From contig CAVSGM010000002.1 of the NCBI GenBank assembly GCA_963727485.1, positions 352,001-416,000 on the forward strand: DNA of 64,000 nucleotides, read 5' to 3'. This DNA is from an uncultured delta proteobacterium (GTDB lineage: Bacteria > Myxococcota > Myxococcia > SLRQ01). Numbering within the stretch: position 1 is the stretch's first letter; each line of letters begins with the position of its first letter. The notes under the pieces were generated by a model. It worked only from the letters and a program-made list of their open reading frames with translations. It made no database searches and was not told the origin of the DNA. Shown piece after piece: positions 10,594-21,059 of this stretch. A program made the translations under genes and the position numbers.

Positions 10594-10731
10594 GTCATCC
10601 TCTGGGGCCTCGGGTTGGCCACGTCCTTCACGCTCGGCGGGTTCATCCACGTGCTGCTGGTGCTCGCCGTGGCGGTGCTGCTCTTCCGGATCATCCAGGG
10701 GTACCGGGGCAATCACGCCGTGAAGAGCTGA
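10594..10731 (+). pseudogene. lmo0937/DUF5670-like small membrane protein with no start codon
   Basis: Manual translation VILWGLGLATSFTLGGFIHVLLVLAVAVLLFRIIQG; no in-frame start immediately upstream. Confidence 0.6.
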
Positions 10732-10877
10732 CACCCGGGCGCATCCGCCAGGCGACGGGGAGGCAGCATGAGCCTGGGGCGCCTCGGGCGGTTGGCCAGG
10801 ACCGAGGCGGCCGCGGGCATGGTCCCGTGGGCTCGGGGCCGGCCAGCGTGTCGGAGGGCCGTGGTAGCGTCGCGCCC

Positions 10878-11090
10878 ATGGAGATCCCCTTCGACAGCCT
10901 CTCCGAGGCGGCCCTGCGCGGCGTCATCGAGGCCTTCGTCAACCGCGAGGGCACGGACTACGGCGAGGTGGAGACGCCCTTCGAGCGGAAGGTCGAGCAG
11001 GTCCGGGCGGCGCTGGCCGCCGGGCGGGCGCGGCTGACCTTCGACGAGGGGACCGAGACGTGCAACATCGTGCCGGTCGAGTCGCCGTAG
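10878..11090 (+). CDS. YheU (UPF0270) family protein
   Basis: IPFDSLSEAALRGVIEAFVNREGTDYG...ETCNIV. Confidence 0.85.
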   Translation: MEIPFDSLSEAALRGVIEAFVNREGTDYGEVETPFERKVEQVRAALAAGRARLTFDEGTETCNIVPVESP

Positions 11091-11180
11091 TGCCCACGTG
11101 GGCAGGCTGATCCAGGTCAGGCCCCGGATGCCCACGTGGGCACAGTGACCTGGATCAGGCGTTGAGTGCCCACGTGGGCA
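11091..11180. repeat. Three copies of the perfect 14-bp palindrome TGCCCACGTGGGCA, REP/BIME-like
   Basis: Copies start at 11091, 11129 and 11167 (38-bp period); spacers carry CTGATCCAGGTCA and its reverse complement; lies between convergent genes. Confidence 0.9.
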
Positions 11181-11192
11181 GTGGCGGGCGGG

Positions 11193-12440
11193 TCAGCCGG
11201 CCTGGCGGTGGGCGGGCGGCGGCGCGTCCTCGACCCCCTCCGGCTCGGCGCCCTGCACCGTGTCGGTGACCACGAGCTGCACCAGGGCGGCGCCCACCAC
11301 GCAGGCCACCGCGGCCCCCACGAAGGGCCAGAAGAGCGACCAGGTCCCGGCGATGCCCCCGGCGAGGGTCCCGGTGGCCAGCCCCAGGGCGAAGCCCATG
11401 GTCACCAGGCTCATCTGTCGACCCTCGCCACCCTTCCTGGAAAGGTCGCCGGCCAGGGCGAAGACCGGGGCGGCGATGGCCCCGCTGGCGACCCCCTGGA
11501 GCACCCGGAGGGCCACCAGCTCCCAGGTGGTCTGTACCAGCCCCATGGGCCAGGTGGACGCCGCCATGAGCAGCAGCCCGATGACGATGATGGGCTTGCG
11601 CCCCACCCGGTCCGAGAGCCGGCCCAGGGGCACCTGGGTGAGCAGCCGGGTGACCATCAGGGCGCTGAAGGCCACCCCGAAGGCAAAGGCCGTCTCGCCG
11701 ATCTGGTCGTTGAACTGCTTCTCCAGGGGCACGATCATCGCGAAGGCGATGGCCATGGTGAACGTGGCGCTGCCCAGCGCCACGAAGGGCCAGCTCACCA
11801 GCTCGGTGTCGATGATCTTGAACGGCCGCGGCGGGCCCTGGGGCTCGACCCGGCGCTCCTTCACGAAGAGCTGCACCGCCACCAGGCCCAGGGCGATGAA
11901 CCCGGCCCCGGCGTAGAAGGCCGCGTTGAAGCCGAGCTGGTCGTAGATGAGGCCGCCGAGGACCGGCCCGATGCCCAGCCCGGCGACCCGGAACGTGGTG
12001 AACGTCCCCATGGAGCCACCCCGGGTGGCCTTCTCGGTGGCCAGGGTGAGCAGGGCGAGGGTCGCGGGCACCGTGATCGACGCCCCGAGGCCCTGGAGGA
12101 ACCGGAGGCCGAGGAGGGTCAGGAACTGCCCGGCGAAGACGAAGGCCAGGGTCGAGAGGCCCAGGATGGCCAGCCCGATCTGGACGAAGAGCTTGCGCCG
12201 GTTCACCCGGTCGATGACCGCCCCGGCGAGCGGCTGCGCGAGCCCCATGATGAGCCCGAAGAGGCTGATGAAGATGCCCGTGCGCACCGTCGACGGCCAG
12301 GGGAGCCAGGGTGCGGGCAGCTTGTCGATGTAGAGGGGCATCACCACGAAGAGGATGCTGTTGCCCACTCCGTCACCGAGGCGGCCCAGCGACAGGGCCA
12401 GGACCTCGCGGTTCGCGCCGATTCTGTTGAGGAAGCTCAC
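11193..12440 (-). CDS. MFS transporter
   Basis: About 12 hydrophobic segments; GAVIDRVNRR and GRLSDRVGRK motif A. Confidence 0.9.
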   Translation of the reverse strand: MSFLNRIGANREVLALSLGRLGDGVGNSILFVVMPLYIDKLPAPWLPWPSTVRTGIFISLFGLIMGLAQPLAGAVIDRVNRRKLFVQIGLAILGLSTLAFVFAGQFLTLLGLRFLQGLGASITVPATLALLTLATEKATRGGSMGTFTTFRVAGLGIGPVLGGLIYDQLGFNAAFYAGAGFIALGLVAVQLFVKERRVEPQGPPRPFKIIDTELVSWPFVALGSATFTMAIAFAMIVPLEKQFNDQIGETAFAFGVAFSALMVTRLLTQVPLGRLSDRVGRKPIIVIGLLLMAASTWPMGLVQTTWELVALRVLQGVASGAIAAPVFALAGDLSRKGGEGRQMSLVTMGFALGLATGTLAGGIAGTWSLFWPFVGAAVACVVGAALVQLVVTDTVQGAEPEGVEDAPPPAHRQAG

Positions 12441-12534
12441 GTCGGAGACGCTAGGAAGGCTTTGCGGGTCGCGTAAGGGCACGCCCGGATGGGCCCCGCT
12501 TTACCGGGCGCCCCGGCTCGGCGACCATGGCGGG

Positions 12535-13224
12535 GTGCGGCTGTCGATCTTCGAGCTCGGGGCCTTCCCCTACGACTTCCTCACGGACCAGGACCTCTGG
12601 CGCCAGCAGGTCCTCCGGGTCCTCGACCACGTGGCCGGGACGCCAATGCGGATCCTCGACCTCGGCTGCGGCCCGGGGGTGAGCGCGTTTGCCCTGGGCG
12701 AGCACCTGGGCGACGGCACCGAGATCACCGGCATCGACCTCGCCCACCAGATGGTGGCCCTCGCCGAGCGCCACCACCGGCGCCGCTACCCCCACCTGGA
12801 CCGGGTGCGCTTCCAGCAGGCCGACGCCACCGCGCTGCCCTTCGACGACGACACCTTCGACCTCGCCGTGGGCCACAGCTTCCTCTACCTGGTGCCGGAC
12901 CGGCCGGCGGTCCTCCGGGAGGTGCGTCGGGTGCTGGCCCCCGGCGGCACCCTGGTGCTCATGGAGCCCGCGGCCACCGGGTCGCTCCGGCGGGCGGCCC
13001 TGCGGGCGGCGCCGAAGGCCCCGCTGCTCTGGCGCCGCCCCCTGGACACCCCGCGCTTCCTCACCTCCATGGTCCTGTGGCGGACGGTGAGCGCCGCCGC
13101 CGGCCGCCTCGACCCCCACCGCATCGCCCGGCTCTTCGACGACGCGGGCTTCGAAGACGTCCACTGCCGCCCCACCCTCGCCGGGCTCGGCCTCCACTGC
13201 GTGGGGCGGGTACCGGCGGGATGA
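12535..13224 (+). CDS. Class I SAM-dependent methyltransferase
   Basis: ILDLGCGPG, ADATALPFDDDTFD, RVLAPGG. Confidence 0.88.
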   Translation: MRLSIFELGAFPYDFLTDQDLWRQQVLRVLDHVAGTPMRILDLGCGPGVSAFALGEHLGDGTEITGIDLAHQMVALAERHHRRRYPHLDRVRFQQADATALPFDDDTFDLAVGHSFLYLVPDRPAVLREVRRVLAPGGTLVLMEPAATGSLRRAALRAAPKAPLLWRRPLDTPRFLTSMVLWRTVSAAAGRLDPHRIARLFDDAGFEDVHCRPTLAGLGLHCVGRVPAG

Positions 13225-14135
13225 GCGCCATCGTCGCCCGGGGGCTTGCCAAGGCCTACCCCTCGGGGCTGCGCCGGCGCCGCCATCGGGCCCTGGCCGG
13301 CGTCGACCTCGAGGTCCCCACCGGGACCGCCTTCGGCCTCATCGGCCTCAACGGCGCCGGGAAGACCACCTTCATCAAGAGCCTCCTCGCGGTGGTCCGG
13401 CCCGACGCCGGGGAGGTCTCGGTCCTCGGCGGCGACCCCGAGGACCCGGCCGTGCGCCGGCGCATCGGCTACCTCCCCGAGCGCCTCCTGCTTCGGGACG
13501 CCTACACCCCCCGGGTGTTCCTGCGCACCATCGCCGCCTTCAAGGCGCTCCCGGACGCCGACGCCGACGTGACCCGGCAGCTCGACCGGGTGGGCCTCGC
13601 CGCCGACGCCGACCGCCGGGTGGGCGGGTTCTCCAAGGGGATGCGCCAGCGACTCGGCCTCGCCGCCGCCCTCCTCGGGGCACCGGAGCTCCTCGTCCTC
13701 GACGAGCCCACCGACGGCGTGGACCCCATCGGTCGCATCGCCATCCGGGGCCTGCTCCGGGAGGAGCGCGCGCGCGGGGCCACCATCTTCCTCAACAGCC
13801 ACCTGCTCACCGAGACCGAGCGGGTCTGCGACCGGGTGGCCATCCTCGCCGCCGGGAAGGTGGTCACCGAGACCACCCTGGAGGCGCTCGCCGTGGGCGC
13901 CGGGTGGCGGGCGCGCTTCGCCGAGGGGGCCGACGCCGGGGTCCTGTCCGGGGCCGGCTTCGAGGAGTTCGAGACCGGCGACGGCACACCGGCGGGCTGG
14001 CGCTTCCCCGGCGACGACCCCGAGGCCCTCAACGCCGCCCTCGACCGGGCCCGGGCGGCCGGCGCCCGCCTCCTGGCGCTGAACCCGGACGTCCCCGACC
14101 TCGAGACCCTCCTCGCCCGGACGGTGCAGGCATGA
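13221..14135 (+). CDS. ABC transporter ATP-binding protein
   Basis: GLNGAGKTT, FSKGMRQR, LDEPT, NSHLL; ATGA overlap. Confidence 0.92.
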   Translation: MSAIVARGLAKAYPSGLRRRRHRALAGVDLEVPTGTAFGLIGLNGAGKTTFIKSLLAVVRPDAGEVSVLGGDPEDPAVRRRIGYLPERLLLRDAYTPRVFLRTIAAFKALPDADADVTRQLDRVGLAADADRRVGGFSKGMRQRLGLAAALLGAPELLVLDEPTDGVDPIGRIAIRGLLREERARGATIFLNSHLLTETERVCDRVAILAAGKVVTETTLEALAVGAGWRARFAEGADAGVLSGAGFEEFETGDGTPAGWRFPGDDPEALNAALDRARAAGARLLALNPDVPDLETLLARTVQA

Positions 14136-14968
14136 GGGCCATCCTCGTGGTCACCACCGATCTCCTCCGGGAGGCCCGGGCCCGCCGGTGGCTCCTGGCC
14201 CTGGCCGTGGCGGTGACCGGGCTGCTGGTCGCCGTCGCCCTGGGCCTGCGCCTCGACGTGGTGGACGGGGCGCTCGCGGCCACCACCTTCTTCGGCGACA
14301 AGGTCCGCGGCCCGATGCAGGCCGCCGACGTGGCCCTGCGCCCCCTGTTCCGGGCGGTGAGCTACGTGATCTTCTACGTGGGCACCGCCTTCGGCATCCT
14401 CGCCTGCTCGGACTTCGCCCCCCGGCTCCTCGCCCCGGGCCGCATCGAGCACCTGCTCTCGCTCCCGGTCCGCAGGTGGCAGGTCCTCGCCGGGACCTTC
14501 CTCGGGACCGCCAGCCTCGCCGTGGTCGCCGCCCTCTACGGCAGCGGCGGCATGACCCTCATCGTCGGGTGGAAGACCGGGGTGTGGACCGCGCGCCCGC
14601 TGCTCTCGGGGCTCCTGGCGGCGGGGGTGTTCACGGTGATCTACGCGGCGATGCTCACCGCCGCCGTCTTCGCCCGGAGCGCCGCGTTGTCGGCGGCCAC
14701 CGGGGGCATCCTCTTCGTCTCGGGGATCATCGCCGGCTACCGGGTGCCCATCGCCCGGGCCATCGAGCCGGGGCTGCGGCGCGCCGGCTTCCTCTGGAGC
14801 ACCGCGCTCTTGCCCCGGGTCTCGTCGCTCGCCGATCTCGCCGGGGGCTTCGTCGCCCACCAGCCCCTCCCCGGCGCCCACCTCGCCCGGCTCCTCGCCG
14901 GCGCCGCGTGCTTCGCCCTGGCGCTCCTCGCCGTCGCCGCCTGGCGCTTCGAGGGGAAGGACTTCTGA
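14132..14968 (+). CDS. ABC-2 type permease
   Basis: About 6 TM segments, GRIEHLLSLPVRR, C-terminal FEGKDF. Confidence 0.82.
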   Translation: MRAILVVTTDLLREARARRWLLALAVAVTGLLVAVALGLRLDVVDGALAATTFFGDKVRGPMQAADVALRPLFRAVSYVIFYVGTAFGILACSDFAPRLLAPGRIEHLLSLPVRRWQVLAGTFLGTASLAVVAALYGSGGMTLIVGWKTGVWTARPLLSGLLAAGVFTVIYAAMLTAAVFARSAALSAATGGILFVSGIIAGYRVPIARAIEPGLRRAGFLWSTALLPRVSSLADLAGGFVAHQPLPGAHLARLLAGAACFALALLAVAAWRFEGKDF

Positions 14969-14981
14969 CCGGGAGCCGCCC

Positions 14982-16136
14982 ATGACCCGTGCCCGCCGCC
15001 GCCGCTGGCCCTGGCTCGTCGCCGCCCTGCTCCTCCTGGGGATCGGGGCCTGGCTCGCGGGCCTCGGGGACCTCACCATGCCCATCACCCGCCCGAAGCC
15101 GGTGCGGGTCCACGCCACCGCCCACTCGGTGCAGCGGGAGCGCAAGCGGCTCCGGATGCTCCCGCCGGCGCCCGAGCCCGCCGACGCCGGCCAGGCCCGG
15201 GCCCGCAAGCCCCGTCCCTCGGACCCGCTCCTCACCGCCCTCGGGGGCCACCGGGGGGCGCTGGTCTTCGAGGCCAACGCCCTGTGGAACGAGCCCATGG
15301 GCCAGATGCTCTTCAAGTGCCTGGAGGCGCGCAGCCCCGGGATGCGCAAGGCCCTCGACGACTCGCGCAAGCAGTTCCACTTCGATCCCCTGAAGCAGGT
15401 GGACCGGATGGCCGTGAGCCCCGACCACGTGGTGGCCTTCTCGGGCTTCTTCAAGGGCGTGGACTTCGACGGGATGTTCCCGAACCAGCCCCGGGTGGCC
15501 TACGGCGACCACGCGGTGATCTACGAGCCGCCGCCCGGGGTGGTCCGCGGCCAGCCCTACCTCGCCGTGTGGAACGACGAGCTGCTCCTGGTGGGCCACG
15601 ACGAGGGGGCCCTCCGGCACACCATCGACCAGCTCGAGGGGCGGGCCCCGCGGCCGGCGCCGGCCATCTCCCCCGACGACGCCTACGGGGACGCCTACGG
15701 CTCGCTCCCGGGGGACGTCATCGCCAAGGTGGTGGGCCATGAGAACCCGACGCTCGCCGATCGCATCTCCCAGGGGGTCTCGTCGGCGAAGGTCCACTTC
15801 GACGCCTCCGGGGACGTGAGCCTGAACGCCGGCTTCCAGGCCCGGGACGGCGCCGACCTGAAGGACCTCGAGCGGAGCCTCGCCGGGGCCCTCGCCGCTG
15901 CCCGGGTGACCGCCCAGGCCGAGGGCAAGCCGCACCTCGCCGACCTCCTCGACGACGCGCGGGTGGTCCCCCGGGGGAGCGGCTTTGCCCTCGACCTGCA
16001 GGTGCCCGAGCAGTGGGTCAAGGACGCCCTGGGGAACTGCGCCATCTTCGGGCCGCCGCCGAGGCGGGCGTCGAAGACGGCGCCGCCGACGCCGGACGCG
16101 GGCGCGAAGGAGCAGCCACCACCGGCCGGCCGGTAG
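14982..16136 (+). CDS. Membrane-anchored hypothetical protein
   Basis: N-terminal TM helix; operonic with the ABC genes. Confidence 0.65.
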   Translation: MTRARRRRWPWLVAALLLLGIGAWLAGLGDLTMPITRPKPVRVHATAHSVQRERKRLRMLPPAPEPADAGQARARKPRPSDPLLTALGGHRGALVFEANALWNEPMGQMLFKCLEARSPGMRKALDDSRKQFHFDPLKQVDRMAVSPDHVVAFSGFFKGVDFDGMFPNQPRVAYGDHAVIYEPPPGVVRGQPYLAVWNDELLLVGHDEGALRHTIDQLEGRAPRPAPAISPDDAYGDAYGSLPGDVIAKVVGHENPTLADRISQGVSSAKVHFDASGDVSLNAGFQARDGADLKDLERSLAGALAAARVTAQAEGKPHLADLLDDARVVPRGSGFALDLQVPEQWVKDALGNCAIFGPPPRRASKTAPPTPDAGAKEQPPPAGR

Positions 16137-16168
16137 ATCCGACCGGCGCCTCGGACGTCACAGGACCC

Positions 16169-16498
16169 ATGCGCCGCCTCGCCTGGGTCCTCTTCGCCGC
16201 CTCCGCCGTGTGCTTCGTCCTCGCCGCCTGGCCCGCCGTCCGGGCCGATCCCGCCGACCCGCCGGGCGTCCGAGGCCGAGGCCACGCCCTGGCGCTGGCC
16301 CGCAAGTGCGTGAAGGACCACGGCTATCGGGGCGCCGGGGGCTCGCCCCTGTTGCCGGAGCAGGCCACCGCGACCCCCCGGCGGTTCGGCCGCTGGGTGG
16401 TCCACGTCCCCGAGGCTCGGCGGAACACCCGGCCCACGGGCCGGGACCTGGTGATCGACGTGGGCCTGCGGACCTGCCGGCGCGCGCCCATGGACTAG
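16169..16498 (+). CDS. Small secreted hypothetical protein
   Basis: Signal peptide ending AVRA; two Cys in the mature part. Confidence 0.5.
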   Translation: MRRLAWVLFAASAVCFVLAAWPAVRADPADPPGVRGRGHALALARKCVKDHGYRGAGGSPLLPEQATATPRRFGRWVVHVPEARRNTRPTGRDLVIDVGLRTCRRAPMD

Positions 16499-16519
16499 CC
16501 GCGGCCCGCGACCGGCTGC

Positions 16520-17536
16520 TCAGCCCGCGACGACCCCGGCGGCCTCTTCCGCGGCCCCGTAGGGGTCGATCTCCCGGGCGGCGATCCGCGAGACGATGTC
16601 GTCGAGGCGCGCCCCGTCGGCCTCGAGGCGGCCCAGCGCCGTGCGCACCAGGCGTGCCTTCAGGGCCTCGAGGAACTCGTAGCGGGCCCGGTCGTGCTCC
16701 CGGCGGGTCCAGTTGCCGCTCTCCTGGAGCCAGGCCCGGTGGGCGTCGATGCCGTCCGCGACCTCGATGATGCCCTCGCCGGCGGAGGCGCTGGTCTTGA
16801 GGATGGGCACCTCCCAGCCGCCCTCCCCGCTCTGGGCCACGCCCCTCGGCGCCCACTCGCCCGGGCGCGTGGGCCGGGCCGGACCCGAGGGCCGGAAGAG
16901 CTCGAGCATCATCTTCAGCTCGCGGACGGTGCGGTCGGCGCCGGGGCGGTCGGCCTTGTTGACCACGAAGACGTCGGCGATCTCCAGGATGCCCGCCTTG
17001 ATGGCCTGGATGTCGTCGCCGAGGCCCGGGACCACCACCACCACCGAGGTGTGGGCGGCGCGGGTGACCTCGATCTCGTCCTGGCCCACGCCCACGGTCT
17101 CGATGACCACCACGTCCTTGCCCATGGCGTCCATCACCCGGACCACGTCGAGGGTGCTCCGGGAGATGCCGCCGAGGTTCCCGCGGGTGGCCATGGAGCG
17201 GATGAACACCCCCTCGTCGGTGGCGTGGCGCTGCATCCGCACCCGGTCGCCGAGGATGGCCCCGCCGGTGAAGGGGCTGGTGGGGTCGATGGCCACGATG
17301 CCCACCGTCTTCCCCTCCCCGCGCCAGTGGGCGATGAGGGCGTCGGTGAGGGTGCTCTTCCCGGCGCCGGGGTTTCCGGTGATGCCGACGATGAAGGCGT
17401 GGCCGGTGTGGGCGTGGAGGGCCCGGAGCGCGGCCCGGGACGAGGGCATCTCGTCGTCGAGGTCGCGCATCAGGCGCGCGGCGGAGCGGACGTCGCCCCG
17501 GAGGATCCTGTCGACCCGCTCTTTGACCTGGCTCAT
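16520..17536 (-). CDS. meaB: Acyl-CoA mutase-associated GTPase MeaB
   Basis: GITGNPGAGKST, DPTSPFTGGAILGDRVRM, ETVGVGQDE, NKAD. Confidence 0.93.
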   Translation of the reverse strand: MSQVKERVDRILRGDVRSAARLMRDLDDEMPSSRAALRALHAHTGHAFIVGITGNPGAGKSTLTDALIAHWRGEGKTVGIVAIDPTSPFTGGAILGDRVRMQRHATDEGVFIRSMATRGNLGGISRSTLDVVRVMDAMGKDVVVIETVGVGQDEIEVTRAAHTSVVVVVPGLGDDIQAIKAGILEIADVFVVNKADRPGADRTVRELKMMLELFRPSGPARPTRPGEWAPRGVAQSGEGGWEVPILKTSASAGEGIIEVADGIDAHRAWLQESGNWTRREHDRARYEFLEALKARLVRTALGRLEADGARLDDIVSRIAAREIDPYGAAEEAAGVVAG

Positions 17537-17546
17537 GGGCGCCCGC

Positions 17547-18690
17547 TCATCCCTGGAGGAGCCGCCGGGCGATGACCATCCGCTGGATCTCGCTGGTCCC
17601 CTCGCCGATCTCGCAGAGCTTGGCGTCGCGGAAGTAGCGCTCCACCGGGAACTCGCTGGTGTAGCCGTAGCCCCCGTGGATCTGGATGGCCTCGCTGCAG
17701 GCGCGGGTGGCGATCTCCGAGGCGAAGAGCTTGCCCATGGCCGCCTCCTGGCCAAAGGGCCGGCCGGCGTCGCACAGGGCCGCGGCCCGGTGGACCAGCA
17801 GGCGCGCCGCGTCGGTCTGGGTGGCCATGTCGGCGAGCTTGAACTGGATGGCCTGGAACTGGGCGATGGGCTTGCCGAAGGCCTCGCGCTCTCCGGCGTA
17901 GCGGGTGGCCTCTTCCAGCGCGCCCCGGGCGAGGCCCACGGAGAGCGCCCCGATGGTGATGCGCCCCTTGTCGAGGATGGACAGGGCGTTGACGAAGCCC
18001 ATGTCCACCTCGCCCACGCGCATCGAGTCGTCGACCTCGACGTTCTCCAGGACCAGCTCGGCGGTGTCGCTGGAGCGCATCCCGAGCTTCCCGTGGATCT
18101 GGTTCTGGGTGAACCCCGGGGTGCCCTTCTCCAGGATGAAGGCGGTGATGCCCTTCTGCTTCTTGGCCTTGTCGGTGCTGGCGAGGATGACCCAGACGTC
18201 GCCGACCGAGCCCTGGGTGATCCACATCTTGGTGCCGTTGAGGATCCACTTGTCGCCCTTGCGGACGGCGGTGGTCCGCAGGCCGGCGGCGTCGGAGCCG
18301 CTCCCGGGCTCGGTGAGGCCCCAGGCGGCGAGCTTCCGCCCGCTGGCGACCTCGGGGATGTACTTCTTCACCTGCGCTTCATTGCCGAAGTAGCGGATGT
18401 GGCTCGAGCCCAGGCCGTTGTGGCTCGCCACGGTCAGCGCCAGGGAGCCGTCGACCCGGGCAATCTCCTCGATGACCACCGCCAGCGCCAGCATGTCCAT
18501 CCCGGCGCCGCCGAGCGCCTCGGGGACGGTGACCCCGAGGACAGCCCATCTCCCCCAGCTCCTTGACCACCTCCATGGGGAAGGTCTCGTCCCGGTCCCA
18601 GTCCCGGGCGAAGGGCTTGACCTTCGTCTCGCAGAAGCTGCGGACGGTGTCCCGGAGCATGACGTGGGATTCGCTGAGCTGGAAGTCCAT
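17547..18690 (-). CDS. Acyl-CoA dehydrogenase, possibly isovaleryl-CoA (frameshift near 18545)
   Basis: [38 protein letters not shown]-terminus MDFQLSE in 18379..18690 frame. Confidence 0.88.
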
Positions 18691-18717
18691 GGTGGATACC
18701 TCCTGGGGTCCGACGGA

Positions 18718-20256
18718 TCAGACCGGGTAGACGCAGTGCTTCTTGGGGGGCCGCGCTTCCTGCTTGTTCCAGTAGACGGCGTAGCGGCGGATGAGCTCGT
18801 CGCGCAGATCGTCGCCGGGGACCACGTGGTCGACGATGTTCTCGCTGGCGAGCTTCATGATGTCCACGTCCTCGGCGTACTCGGCGCGCAGCTTCGCCAC
18901 GTAGGCCTCGCGCTCGGCCTCGGGCTTCTCGGCGATCTTCTTGGCGAACACGGCGTTGACCGCGGCCTCGGGGCCCATGACGGCGATCATGGCCTGGGGG
19001 AGCGCCAGGGTCACGTCGGGGTTGAAGCCCGGGCCGCACATGGCGTAGAGGCCCGCGCCGTAGGCCTTGCGGACGATGACCGAGATCTTGGGGACGGTGG
19101 CCTCGCTCACCGCGGCGATCATCTTGGCGCCGGCGCGGATGATGCCCTCCTTCTCGACCTTGGTCCCGATCATGAAGCCGGGCACGTCGGCGAGGTAGAG
19201 CAGCGGGATGTTGAAGGCGTCGCAGAGCCAGATGAAGCGCGCGGCCTTGTCGGCGGAGTCGACGAAGAGCACCCCGCCCTTGAACTTGGGCTGGTTGGCC
19301 ACGATGCCCACCGGATAGCCACCGATGCGCGCGAGGCCCGTGACCATCTCCTTGGCGAAGCGCTTCTTCACCTCCACGAAGCTCTCGGCGTCGACCAGCT
19401 CGGTGATGAGCGCCTTGATGTCGAAGAACTTGTTCTGCTCCTTGGGGATGAGCTCCTCAATCCGCTTGCCGCCAGCCGCCGGGGCCTTGGCCTCCACGAT
19501 CGCCGGCTTCTCCTGCCAGTGCTGGGGGAAGAAGCGGAAGTAGGCCTTCGCCGCCTCGATGGCTTCCTCCTCGGTCTTCATCAGGAAGTCGCCGCAGCCG
19601 GAGACGGCGGTGTGCATCTTGGCGCCGCCCATCTCCTCGAGCGTCACCTTCTCGCCGATGACCATCTCGGCCATGCGCGGGGAGCCCAGGTACATGGAGG
19701 CGTTGCCGTCGACCATGAACACCACGTCGCAGAACGCCGGGATGTAGGCGCCGCCGGCGGCCGAGGGTCCGAAGAGCAGGCAGATCTGGGGCACCTGCCC
19801 GGAGAGGCGCACCTCGTTGTAGAAGATGCGCCCGGCGCCGCGGCGCCCCGGGAACATCTCCACCTGGTCGGTGATCCGCGCGCCGGCCGAGTCCACCAGG
19901 TAGAAGAGCGGAATCTGTTGCCGCTCGGCGACCTCCTGGATGCGCAGGATCTTCTCCACGGTGCGCTTGCCCCAGGACCCGGCCTTGATGGTCGAGTCGT
20001 TGGCCATGATGGCCACCGGCCGGCCGTCGATGCGCGCGAGCCCGGTGACCACGCCGTCTGCCGGCAGATCCCCGGCCAGCACGTTGGCGTAGAGCCCGTC
20101 CTCGATGAACGAGCCCTCGTCGACGAGCAGCTCGATGCGCTGGCGGCAGAACAGCTTGCCCTTCTCGGCGTTGGCCTCGTGGTACTTGGGCTTGCCGCCC
20201 TGCTTCACCACCTCGGCCTGGGCGCGGATCTGGGCGTCGTCGTGCTTGGACTCCAT
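18718..20256 (-). CDS. Acyl-CoA carboxylase carboxyltransferase subunit (methylcrotonyl-CoA carboxylase beta-like)
   Basis: DSAGARITDQ, SAAGGAYIPA, DVPGFMIG, RKAYGAGLYAM. Confidence 0.9.
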   Translation of the reverse strand: MESKHDDAQIRAQAEVVKQGGKPKYHEANAEKGKLFCRQRIELLVDEGSFIEDGLYANVLAGDLPADGVVTGLARIDGRPVAIMANDSTIKAGSWGKRTVEKILRIQEVAERQQIPLFYLVDSAGARITDQVEMFPGRRGAGRIFYNEVRLSGQVPQICLLFGPSAAGGAYIPAFCDVVFMVDGNASMYLGSPRMAEMVIGEKVTLEEMGGAKMHTAVSGCGDFLMKTEEEAIEAAKAYFRFFPQHWQEKPAIVEAKAPAAGGKRIEELIPKEQNKFFDIKALITELVDAESFVEVKKRFAKEMVTGLARIGGYPVGIVANQPKFKGGVLFVDSADKAARFIWLCDAFNIPLLYLADVPGFMIGTKVEKEGIIRAGAKMIAAVSEATVPKISVIVRKAYGAGLYAMCGPGFNPDVTLALPQAMIAVMGPEAAVNAVFAKKIAEKPEAEREAYVAKLRAEYAEDVDIMKLASENIVDHVVPGDDLRDELIRRYAVYWNKQEARPPKKHCVYPV

Positions 20257-20264
20257 GTGGTCTC

Positions 20265-21059
20265 CTACCTGCCCCGGTACCGGGGCGGGCGCTTCTCGCG
20301 GAAGGCGGCGAGGCCCTCGAGGCGGTCCAAAGTGTCGAGGGTCGCCTGGTAGCGCTGGTACTCGATCTCCAGGCCGGTCTCGAGGCTGGCCTCGAGGCCC
20401 TCGCGCATGGCGGCCTTGGCCATGGCCAGCGCCACCGGGCCGCAGCCGGCGATCTCCTCGGCGAGCTGCTTCGCGGTCTCCAGGGCGCCCTCGGGGCCGG
20501 TGCCCTCGGGGGCCAGGCGCTCGACCAGGCCGATGGCGTAGGCCTCCTCGGCGCCCACCCGGCGGCCGGTGAGGATCATCTCGGCGGCCCTGCCCGGCCC
20601 GATGAGCCGCGGGAGCCGCTGGGTCCCGCCGCCGCCCGGGATGATGGCCAGGCGCGCCTCGGTGAGGCCCAGCTTGGCGGTCCGCGCGGCGACCCGGAGG
20701 TCGCAGGCCAGCGCCAGCTCGGTGCCCCCGCCGAAGGCCACCCCGTTCACCGCCGCGACGAAGACCTTGGGGGACGCCTCGATGGCCAGGAGCGTCCGCC
20801 GGAGGTCACGGAGCCACTCGCGGACCTCGTCCTCGCTCATCCCGGCGCGCTCCTTGAGGTCGGCGCCGGCGCTGAACGCCTTGTCGCCGGCCCCGGTCAC
20901 GATGACCGTGCGCACCTCGGCCTCTGCCTCGACGGCGTCGACGAGCTGCTCGAGCTCGGCGCGCGCCGCGCGGGACAGGGCGTTCCTCGCCTCGGGCCGC
21001 GCGAGGGTCCACACCCGCGTGGGCCCGAGGTCGGTCTCCTGCCAGTGGGCCATGTCCAT
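20265..21059 (-). CDS. Enoyl-CoA hydratase (methylglutaconyl-CoA hydratase-like by context)
   Basis: FSAGADLKER, GGGTELALACD, PGGGGTQRLPRLIG. Confidence 0.88.
   Translation of the reverse strand: MDMAHWQETDLGPTRVWTLARPEARNALSRAARAELEQLVDAVEAEAEVRTVIVTGAGDKAFSAGADLKERAGMSEDEVREWLRDLRRTLLAIEASPKVFVAAVNGVAFGGGTELALACDLRVAARTAKLGLTEARLAIIPGGGGTQRLPRLIGPGRAAEMILTGRRVGAEEAYAIGLVERLAPEGTGPEGALETAKQLAEEIAGCGPVALAMAKAAMREGLEASLETGLEIEYQRYQATLDTLDRLEGLAAFREKRPPRYRGR

Noticed and set aside
11091..11180. Mini-CRISPR array
   Set aside because: The repeats are only 14 bp, the spacers are partial inverted copies of each other, and no cas genes or leader are present.
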